25,311 nucleotides of DNA from Planctomycetaceae bacterium (GTDB lineage: Bacteria; Planctomycetota; Planctomycetia; Planctomycetales; Planctomycetaceae). The notes under the pieces are model-generated. The model ran no database searches. It saw nothing but the letters and a program-made list of their open reading frames with translations, and had not been told where the DNA came from. The translations under genes were made by a program, and so were the position numbers. Every line of letters begins with the position of its first letter. The stretch's first letter is position 1. Positions 1 through 5,521 of this stretch are shown one piece after another. The stretch lies in assembly GCA_019636285.1 (NCBI GenBank), contig JAHBXV010000067.1, forward strand, positions 1 through 25,311. The letters run 5' to 3'.

Positions 1-1
1 G

Positions 2-80
2 AGGCTATAGGCTTGAGAAAGAATTGACGCGTCGCGTCTGATTGATTTCCTGCAGCCTCCAGTCTCCGGCCTACAGCCTG
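2..80 (+). repeat. Imperfect long inverted repeat GAGGCTATAGGCTTGAG ... CGGCCTACAGCCTG enclosing the perfect palindrome GACGCG-T-CGCGTC. First member of the GAGGCT..AGGCTTGAGG spacer-repeat family of the tRNA array.
   Basis: About 14 of 17 positions pair, including G-U pairs valid only in plus-strand RNA. Related copies at 255-300 and 485-580. Confidence 0.4.
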
Positions 81-84
81 ACAA

Positions 85-158
85 GACGCGGTACGCAATT
101 GGCAAAGCGGCGAAGCTCAAACCTTCGTGGTTTGTGGGTTCGACTCCCACTCGCGTCA
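85..158 (+). tRNA. tRNA-like gene, anticodon CAA (Leu codon UUG) but class I architecture with a short 6-nt variable region
   Basis: 7-bp acceptor stem GACGCGG/TCGCGTC (one G-U pair). Anticodon arm is CGAAG-CTCAAAC-CTTCG. T-arm is GTGGG-TTCGACT-CCCAC with a canonical T-loop. Discriminator is A and no CCA is encoded. Hand-folded. Confidence 0.5.
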
Positions 159-165
159 CTGCATT

Positions 166-251
166 GGGTCGTGTTCCCAACGGCGGCCTGTAAAGCCGTT
201 GTCTCAAAACAAGTGGGGTGGAGACGAGAGGTTCAATTCCTTCACGACCTA
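166..251 (+). tRNA. tRNA-like element, 86 nt, with a Tyr-like CUGUAAA loop (GTA) but aberrant D-arm spacing; possible pseudo-tRNA
   Basis: 7-bp acceptor GGGTCGT/ACGACCT. T-arm ends ..GG-TTCAATT-CC... The hairpin GCGGC-CTGTAAA-GCCGT lies about 9 nt too close to the acceptor stem. The variable region is about 27 nt. Confidence 0.3.
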
Positions 252-412
252 TTTGGAGAGGCTTGAGACTTGAGGCCGCAGGCTTGAGGAGGGAAATTCT
301 TCGCGTCTCAGTCTTTCTCTCCGGCCGGACACGACCAGTCGGGCTGGGTAGAAAGTCCAAAAGGGACAGCCAGAGAAGACTTCTGCTCGCCGCTGGTTGC
401 TGGCGGCTTCAT

Positions 413-482
413 GGCAGGCTGGGCAGGTGTCCGACCGGCTTTCATATGGCCGGCATGCCCGGATCGTTACCGGGGCCTGCTA
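413..482 (+). tRNA. Degenerate tRNA-like element, anticodon CAT (Met/Ile2-like); probable pseudogene
   Basis: Acceptor GGCAGGC/GCCTGCT pairs. Anticodon arm is CGGCT-TTCATAT-GGCCG. T-stem is CCCGG/CCGGG but the T-loop ATCGTTA is non-canonical. The D-arm is too short. Confidence 0.3.
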
Positions 483-484
483 TT

Positions 485-580
485 GCGGAGGCTTTAGACG
501 GGAGGCTGTAGGCCTGAGGAAGAAAGAGCTGCGAGATGCGTTCTTCCTCAAGGCTCCGGTCTCACGCCTCAAGCCTGAAC
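485..580 (+). repeat. Nested hairpin spacer element of the GAGGCTTTAGAC / AGGCCTGAGGAAGAA ... TTCTTCCTCAAGGCT / CCTCAAGCCTG family
   Basis: Two nested inverted repeats read directly. The motif GGCTTGAGG or its complement CCTCAAGCC recurs at 10-17, 259-267, 281-289 and 566-577. Confidence 0.4.
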
Positions 581-582
581 AC

Positions 583-653
583 GGGCGGCTCGTCCAATGG
601 GAAGACACCTGGTTTGCACCCAGGAAATCGGGGTTCGGCTCCCCGGCCGGTCC
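583..653 (+). tRNA. tRNA-Ala(TGC)-like, with an acceptor mismatch and a G58 T-loop; possibly a pseudogene
   Basis: Acceptor GGGCGGC/GCCGGTC has one G-G mismatch. Anticodon arm is CCTGG-TTTGCAC-CCAGG. T-arm is CGGGG-TTCGGCT-CCCCG. There is no G3-U70 pair. Confidence 0.4.
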
Positions 654-660
654 ACTTGAG

Positions 661-748
661 TGGTCGATGGTTGAGCGTTGATGGTTGAGAGACAGACACG
701 AAGACTTTTCTTCTTGCCATCAACCATCGACGCTCGACCATCGACCTG
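661..748 (+). repeat. About 27-bp imperfect palindrome GGTCGATGGTTGAGCGTTGATGG ... CCATCAACCATCGACGCTCGACCATCGACC. A long RNA hairpin between the Ala-like tRNA and tRNA-Ser.
   Basis: The arms are near-perfect reverse complements. Mismatches are T in the 5' arm opposite G in the 3' arm. These form U-G pairs in plus-strand RNA but A-C on the other strand, so the structure is used as plus-strand RNA. Confidence 0.5.
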
Positions 749-751
749 ACT

Positions 752-839
752 GGAAGGTAGCCGGATACGGTTGGCCGGGCCGCACTGCTAACGCGGCTCT
801 CCCGCAAGGGAGATGAGGGTTCGAATCCCTTGCTTTCCG
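752..839 (+). tRNA. tRNA-Ser(GCT), class II
   Basis: Acceptor GGAAGGT/GCTTTCC. D-stem CCGG/CCGG. Anticodon arm CCGCA-CTGCTAA-CGCGG. Long variable arm CTCCC-GCAA-GGGAG. T-arm GAGGG-TTCGAAT-CCCTT. Discriminator G. Confidence 0.7.
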
Positions 840-954
840 CTTATTCAGCGATCAGCCACCAGCGATCAGCAATCAGCAAAAAAGAACAAATCAGTCGGCA
901 TCCGCTCGGTTTGTCACACTGACTGCTGATTCCTGTTCGCTAATGGCGACCAAC

Positions 955-1027
955 GGCCTGATGGTGAAATGGATCATCACACCCGGCTTCTAACCGGGGG
1001 GTCCGGGTTCGAATCCTGGTCGGGCCA
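955..1027 (+). tRNA. tRNA-Arg(TCT)
   Basis: Acceptor GGCCTGA/TCGGGCC. D-stem GTGA/TCAC. Anticodon arm CCCGG-CTTCTAA-CCGGG. T-arm CCGGG-TTCGAAT-CCTGG. Discriminator A. Confidence 0.75.
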
Positions 1028-1029
1028 TT

Positions 1030-1135
1030 GAAGAAGTCGTAAGTCTGGAGATAAGAGTCCAGAGCCAGAGAAAGGCAGGAAAGAGCGAACTTCCAGTCTG
1101 GCTCTCGACTCTGGACTCTCGTCTCTCGACTTTCC
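1030..1135 (+). repeat. Structured spacer GAGTCCAGAGCCAGAG ... CAGTCTGGCTCTCGACTCTGGACTCTCGTCTCTCGAC with CTCTCGAC direct repeats
   Basis: Complementary segments of 8-10 bp and short direct repeats, read directly. Lies between tRNA-Arg(TCT) and tRNA-Ser(GGA). Confidence 0.35.
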
Positions 1136-1222
1136 GGAAGGGCCTCCCGATGGGTGCCGGGCGCCGGGTGGAAACCGGTTGGGGGCGCAAGCCCCTTGCG
1201 GGTTCGACTCCCGCTCCTTCCG
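1136..1222 (+). tRNA. tRNA-Ser(GGA), class II
   Basis: Acceptor GGAAGGG/TCCTTCC. Anticodon arm GCCGG-GTGGAAA-CCGGT. Long variable arm GGGGGC-GCAA-GCCCC. T-arm GCGGG-TTCGACT-CCCGC. Discriminator G. Confidence 0.7.
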
Positions 1223-1224
1223 CT

Positions 1225-1300
1225 GTGGCCGGATCCGGTGTTGGTGACCGGAAGCAGACTGTGACTCTGCCTGACGGCGGTTCGATTCCGCTCGGCCACC
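1225..1300 (+). tRNA. tRNA-His(GTG); the genomic -1 position is T, so G-1 is not encoded
   Basis: Perfect 7-bp acceptor GTGGCCG/CGGCCAC. Anticodon arm GCAGA-CTGTGAC-TCTGC. T-arm GGCGG-TTCGATT-CCGCT. Discriminator C. Starts 3 nt after the preceding tRNA. Confidence 0.7.
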
Positions 1301-1301
1301 T

Positions 1302-1565
1302 TCAGACTCGGCGGATGCAAAGGTCCCAAATTCGGAGCGCGATGGTACCGCATGTGTTGATCAGCGGAACGATGCTCAATGCGCCGATGAGCACTCCCAG
1401 AAAATACGCAAAGAGAATGAACATCCATCCCCCAAATACAAGCAACAAGGCAATGGCCATACCTCCTTCGCCGACGTTAGCCCCGAAGAGCGTCCGCTGA
1501 AAGTAGGCATGAACCATCAGGCCGCCAAGCACTCCGCCGGATATTCGCAGTAAGAAGACGAGCAT
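1302..1565 (-). CDS. Small hydrophobic membrane protein (87 aa, about 2 TM helices), hypothetical
   Basis: ATG-initiated ORF with hydrophobic segments and a G-rich stretch upstream of the ATG. Its stop abuts the 3' end of tRNA-His (convergent). Confidence 0.45.
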   Translation of the reverse strand: MLVFLLRISGGVLGGLMVHAYFQRTLFGANVGEGGMAIALLLVFGGWMFILFAYFLGVLIGALSIVPLINTCGTIALRIWDLCIRRV

Positions 1566-1651
1566 TTGTCGTCCACCCCCCTTTTCCGGGTAGGCGTCGA
1601 CGGCCTCGAAGTATCACACGGATTTCCGGTGTACCCGGAAGGAATTTGACA

Positions 1652-2245
1652 ATGACCTCGCTCCTGCATCGACCAGCACTCGTTCTGAACCGCAACTGGC
1701 AGCCGGTGGGTGTCGCCACGGTGGCCCGCTCGTTGACGCTGGTGGTCGCCGAACGGGCGAGGATCGTCGATCCCACCGACTTCCAACAGTACACGTGGGC
1801 CGATTGGGCCAGGCTGATGCCCGCCGTGGATGAGCCGTTCGTCCAGTCGGTAACGTTTCGGGTTCGCGTGCCGGAGGTGATCACGCTGACCGACTACGAC
1901 CGCGTTCCCACGAACTCGGTCGCCTTCAGTCGGCGGAACATCTTCAAGCGCGATCGCTATACCTGCCAGTTCTGCGGCGAGCAGCCAGGGAGCGAGGAGC
2001 TGACGATCGACCACGTGCTACCCCGCTCGCGCGGCGGCACCAGCACTTGGGAGAACTGCGTTCTGGCCTGCGTGGACTGCAACAAGCGCAAGGCAGACCG
2101 CACACCAGCCGAAGCCCACATGCCGCTACGGAAGGCACCAGTCCGACCAAAGTGGCGGCCGCTCTATGCCCGGCACGACGCGCGCATTGAAAGCTGGTCC
2201 AAGTTCGTCAGCGAGACGTACTGGAATGTCGAGTTGGATGAATGA
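1652..2245 (+). CDS. HNH endonuclease family protein
   Basis: C-terminal HNH motif ...CQFCGE...LTIDHVLPRSRGG...ENCVLACVDCNKRK. ATG at 1652 is preceded by GGAAGG. The ORF track starts at an in-frame TTG at 1646. Confidence 0.85.
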   Translation: MTSLLHRPALVLNRNWQPVGVATVARSLTLVVAERARIVDPTDFQQYTWADWARLMPAVDEPFVQSVTFRVRVPEVITLTDYDRVPTNSVAFSRRNIFKRDRYTCQFCGEQPGSEELTIDHVLPRSRGGTSTWENCVLACVDCNKRKADRTPAEAHMPLRKAPVRPKWRPLYARHDARIESWSKFVSETYWNVELDE

Positions 2246-2250
2246 CAATC

Positions 2251-2285
2251 GCCGCCGAGTCCTTTTCGGATGGCTCGGCGGCTTT
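2251..2285 (+). terminator. GC-rich hairpin (9-bp stem GCCGCCGAG/CTCGGCGGC) followed by TTT, immediately 3' of the HNH gene and 5' of tRNA-Trp. Possible weak intrinsic terminator or processing stem.
   Basis: Inverted repeat read directly. The U-tract is short. Confidence 0.35.
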
Positions 2286-2287
2286 AC

Positions 2288-2357
2288 ACGAGCGAGCTCC
2301 TGGGAGAGCGGGTGGTCTCCAAAGCCGCTGGATGGGGTTCAAATCCTCACGCTCGTG
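2288..2357 (+). tRNA. tRNA-Trp(CCA)
   Basis: Acceptor ACGAGCG/CGCTCGT with an A1-U72 pair. Anticodon arm GTGGT-CTCCAAA-GCCGC. T-arm TGGGG-TTCAAAT-CCTCA. D-arm slightly irregular. Confidence 0.6.
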
Positions 2358-2363
2358 CTGACT

Positions 2364-2437
2364 GCCGACGTGGCTCGACTGAGAAAGGCGTCCGTCTTGT
2401 AAGCGGAAGCATGCTGGTGCGAATCCAGTCGTCGGCC
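2364..2437 (+). tRNA. tRNA-Thr(TGT)
   Basis: Acceptor GCCGACG/CGTCGGC. Anticodon arm TCCGT-CTTGTAA-GCGGA. T-arm GCTGG-TGCGAAT-CCAGT. D-arm poorly formed. Confidence 0.55.
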
Positions 2438-2443
2438 CTGATT

Positions 2444-2515
2444 GTCCCGATGGTGTAGCGGATTGCATTGGACTCTCCGAAGGTCCAGGCCCTGGTTCAA
2501 TTCCAGGTCGGGATA
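2444..2515 (+). tRNA. tRNA-Arg(CCG)
   Basis: Acceptor GTCCCGA/TCGGGAT. D-stem GTGT/GCAT. Anticodon arm GGACT-CTCCGAA-GGTCC. Perfect T-arm CCTGG-TTCAATT-CCAGG. Confidence 0.7.
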
Positions 2516-2524
2516 TTGAGTGAT

Positions 2525-2595
2525 GCCCTGCGGGTGTGGAGGACGCATGACTGCCTTCGAAGCAGTCGGGCGAGGTTCGATTCCTCGGTGGGGTA
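2525..2595 (+). tRNA. tRNA-Arg(TCG)
   Basis: Acceptor GCCCTGC/GTGGGGT with three G-U pairs. D-stem GTGT/GCAT. Anticodon arm ACTGC-CTTCGAA-GCAGT. T-arm CGAGG-TTCGATT-CCTCG. Confidence 0.6.
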
Positions 2596-2602
2596 CTGAT
2601 TC

Positions 2603-2673
2603 GTCCTTGGAGTGTGGTGGATGCACGCGACTCTGCGAAGGTCGTAGACCAGGTTCGACTCCTGGCAGGGACA
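2603..2673 (+). tRNA. tRNA-Arg(GCG)
   Basis: Acceptor GTCCTTG/CAGGGAC. D-stem GTGT/GCAC. Anticodon arm CGACT-CTGCGAA-GGTCG. T-arm CCAGG-TTCGACT-CCTGG. Confidence 0.65.
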
Positions 2674-2684
2674 CTGATCTTGAC

Positions 2685-2756
2685 GACGCTGAAGTCACAC
2701 GGCGTGGCGGCGGCCTGCAAAGCCGTTTTGAGTGGGTTCGACTCCCACCAGCGTCT
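2685..2756 (+). tRNA. tRNA-Cys(GCA) with U73 discriminator
   Basis: Acceptor GACGCTG/CAGCGTC. Anticodon arm GCGGC-CTGCAAA-GCCGT. T-arm GTGGG-TTCGACT-CCCAC. Discriminator T is consistent with Cys identity. Confidence 0.7.
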
Positions 2757-2862
2757 CATTGAATGGAAGGTCGTTGATGTTGTCTGTCCAGCGGCATGCA
2801 GGTCACCCGGCAGGGTTTGGCTCTGCCTGTTCCGTGAATGGGATCTGACCAGGGAACATCGA

Positions 2863-2937
2863 CGTTGGTTAGCTCAATGGCAGAGCACCAGATTCTGGAT
2901 CTGGAAGTTGCGGGTTCGACTCCCGTACCAACACCCA
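2863..2937 (+). tRNA. tRNA-Gln(CTG), 3' CCA encoded (2935-2937)
   Basis: Acceptor CGTTGGT/ACCAACA with a C1-A72 mismatch. The TA-GCTC-AATGGCA-GAGC D-arm is canonical. Anticodon arm CCAGA-TTCTGGA-TCTGG. T-arm GCGGG-TTCGACT-CCCGT. Confidence 0.65.
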
Positions 2938-3414
2938 CGAGCCGGATCGTACCCGGCACCAGCCTGTTAAGCTGGCGACGCTGCATAGCGTCTCACAATG
3001 CCTGAAGGAGGCAGACGTCCGTTTTGATCGGCTGGAGCATGTGCTCGGGCACACCAACGCTTCACGAAAGTGGAACCAAGGTGTTGCTCGCAGACCATGT
3101 TCCAGCAGCATGCGGCGACGCCTTGTAGTGCGTGGATACCGCGCTCAGCCGGCAACGGCTGAAGGGAACGGAAGCGACGACGTTCACCGGACGGGACTCC
3201 CTCGGGAGTTCGGAAAGGGAACGTCGAAGCGGAAGGACCTGGACACCGTTGCCAGCGGGCGCTCAAGCGCACTCCGCGATTCGTCCATGTGATCGGCGAA
3301 CGCTCTGCCTTCGGACGGTGTCTCTTGAGGATTCATCGCGGTACTAATGCCGCGTTTTGCTTTCGCTCGGTGCGAAGGCTGTCAGGCCGGGGCGAGACTC
3401 CGGGGAGGTGAAGG

Positions 3415-4521
3415 ATGTTTCTATTCAAGAAGTACAAAATTCGCAGCTACGAAATGGGACTCTTGTTCCGGGATGGAGAATTCCGGGGCCTGGTCGAGGC
3501 TGGAACCCGCTGGTTTTTCGACCCGCTCGGCAAGGTCCGCGTGGATATCGCGTCCCAGCGCGATCCGTGGCTGGTTCATGAGAAGCTCGACCTGATCGTC
3601 AAGTCGGGTGCGCTCGCCGAGCGCGCTGTCGTCCTGGACCTGAAGGATCACGAGCGGGCACTCGTCTGGATCGAGAACCGGTTCAGCCATGTTCTGCCAG
3701 CCGGCTTGTATGCCTACTGGACGGGACAGAAGGATGTCCGGGTTGAAGTGGTCGATGCCCGCATCGTGCGGTTCGAACATGCCGAGTTGAAGGTGATCGC
3801 CCGGTCGCCGCTGGCGCAGCGCGTCCTGGATGTCTGCACGGTCAACCGTGACCGGGTAGGCGTTCTGTTCATCGACGGTCGCTACATCGAGACGCTGACT
3901 CCGGGCCTGTACGCCTTCTGGAAGGGACAGTCCGAAGCCAAGGTCGTGGAGATCGACCTGCGGGAGACGATGGTCGACGTTGGCGGTCAGGACATCATGA
4001 CGGCCGACAAGGTGACGCTGCGGCTGAACGCCGTCGTGACTTACAAGATTGTCGATGCCCGTAAGGCGGTCAGCCAGACGGATGACGTCCGGCAGGCGCT
4101 CTACCGCGACACGCAGCTCGTCCTGCGGAGCGTGGTGGGGGCCCGTGAACTCGATGCCTTCCTGACGGAAAAAGATGCCGTCGCGACAGAGATCGAGGAG
4201 AGCGTTCGTCGTCGGGCGGGTGAGCTGGGCCTGGAAATCGCTTCGGTTGGTATCCGGGATGTGATCCTGCCGGGCGATATGAAGGATCTGATGAACAAGG
4301 TCACGGAGGCTCGCAAGGCGGCCGAGGCGAACCTGATCTCGCGTCGCGAGGAAACGGCTGCCATGCGGTCGCAGGCCAACACGGCCAAACTGCTGGCGGA
4401 CAACCCGACTCTCATGCGGCTGCGGGAGCTCGAAGTCCTGGAAAAGATCGCCTCGAACGGCAAGCTCAACATCGTCCTCGGCGACAAGGGCTTGGCCGAC
4501 AAGGTGGTCAACCTGTTGTGA
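3415..4521 (+). CDS. SPFH/band-7 (stomatin/prohibitin-like) domain protein, cytoplasmic, with a triplicated N-terminal beta-hairpin motif
   Basis: 368-aa ORF with the strong RBS GGGGAGGTGAAGG before the ATG. The C-terminal half is a typical SPFH core followed by a coiled-coil. The N-terminal 200 aa carry three tandem copies of ..LF.DG.....L.PGLYAFW.GQ....V..VD.R.. No TM segment. Confidence 0.85.
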   Translation: MFLFKKYKIRSYEMGLLFRDGEFRGLVEAGTRWFFDPLGKVRVDIASQRDPWLVHEKLDLIVKSGALAERAVVLDLKDHERALVWIENRFSHVLPAGLYAYWTGQKDVRVEVVDARIVRFEHAELKVIARSPLAQRVLDVCTVNRDRVGVLFIDGRYIETLTPGLYAFWKGQSEAKVVEIDLRETMVDVGGQDIMTADKVTLRLNAVVTYKIVDARKAVSQTDDVRQALYRDTQLVLRSVVGARELDAFLTEKDAVATEIEESVRRRAGELGLEIASVGIRDVILPGDMKDLMNKVTEARKAAEANLISRREETAAMRSQANTAKLLADNPTLMRLRELEVLEKIASNGKLNIVLGDKGLADKVVNLL

Positions 4522-4821
4522 CCGCGAATGATGCGACGGCACCCCATAACGCCTCTGGTTCGAGCCATCGGACCAGGGGTGTTTTCGTTTCTGCGGCACG
4601 GTGAGACCCGCAAGAGACCGTGCCGTTAACCACGAGGGCGGCGTTCAAGAGAGAGTCCGAGAGTTTCGGCGGGATGTCCGTGGGCACCTTGGCCAGACGC
4701 GGCATTTGTCCACGGTGCCCGTATCGCGATCTCCAACCCGAGAGACGCCGGAAGCTCTGGGCGGAACGCGCCGCCTTGACGCAAAGGCTTTTGCGGACAC
4801 GGGATTTGCGTCAGCACATAA

Positions 4822-4857
4822 TAAAACGCCGAGAGGCAAACCTCTCGGCGTTTCGCG
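4822..4857. terminator. Bidirectional rho-independent terminator AAAACGCCGAGAGG-CAAA-CCTCTCGGCGTTTCGCGTTT
   Basis: 11-bp GC-rich stem with A-tract upstream and T-tract downstream, read directly. Lies between the SPFH gene and the HTH ORF. Confidence 0.6.
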
Positions 4858-4990
4858 TTTACCAGCGGGGAACGGATTTCCGTTCCTGTAAAAAAGGCTC
4901 CCCGTGCAAGGCACTTCCGGTTCCTTTCGGGGAAAAGTCCTGCGGCTTGAAAACCGCTACTACCACACGGTTTACGTCGACCGCGTGCGG

Positions 4991-5473
4991 ATGTACGTTC
5001 CGGGCCGATCTCCCGAGCCGCAGCGTAAGACGAACGTCCGGCGGTCACGGCTCCGGATTCGGGCGGACTATGCCCCGGTCCGGAACGTCATTGCGATTGC
5101 CCGTCAGTACGAGGCGTATTTGAAGGAACCGGGCATCTACACCTACCGGCAGGCGGCCGAGCACTTCAGCACTTCAAAGGTGACGGTGGGTTATCACCTG
5201 GCCTTACTGACTCGGTTGCCCGCCGATTTTGTGGCGTGGCTGGAAGGCTGCACCGAGGATTTGCCGATGACCTTCTTCAGCCTGCGGAGACTTCGACCCG
5301 TGACCATGATGCCAGAGCCGGAAAGGAAGGCTGCTCTGCTGGAACTGGCCCGGACACTGGTCCGGGAAATGGAAGGCCAGCCCTCCGAGGCCGTGCCCGA
5401 ACTGCTGTGGATGCTGGACGAAGAGCTTCACCAGATGCCACGACGTCTGCTCCGGTCGATCATGCTGGACTGA
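4991..5473 (+). CDS. Hypothetical protein with a predicted helix-turn-helix (..TYRQAAEHFSTSKVTVGYHLALL..)
   Basis: 189-aa ORF from GTG 4904, or 160 aa from ATG 4991. The start is uncertain. Convergent with abiEii. Confidence 0.4.
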   Translation: MYVPGRSPEPQRKTNVRRSRLRIRADYAPVRNVIAIARQYEAYLKEPGIYTYRQAAEHFSTSKVTVGYHLALLTRLPADFVAWLEGCTEDLPMTFFSLRRLRPVTMMPEPERKAALLELARTLVREMEGQPSEAVPELLWMLDEELHQMPRRLLRSIMLD

Positions 5474-5521
5474 CCGGACAATCTCAGGGAGAAGAGCGCT
5501 GCCCCTGGGGAGGTCCAATGA

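Noticed and set aside
940-1428. 162-aa minus-strand ORF, and the 183-aa ORF at 2208-2759
   Set aside because: Both run across multiple well-folding tRNA genes. Composition is Arg/Ser/Pro-rich.
2941-3000. Three tRNA-arm-like hairpins considered as a tRNA-Asn gene
   Set aside because: No acceptor-stem pairing and no T-loop consensus. Reported only as a finding and not annotated as a tRNA.
3421-4599. 392-aa minus-strand ORF antisense to the SPFH gene
   Set aside because: Low-complexity, Arg/His/Gln-rich translation typical of an antisense frame in high-GC DNA. The sense-strand gene has a strong RBS and a recognisable domain.
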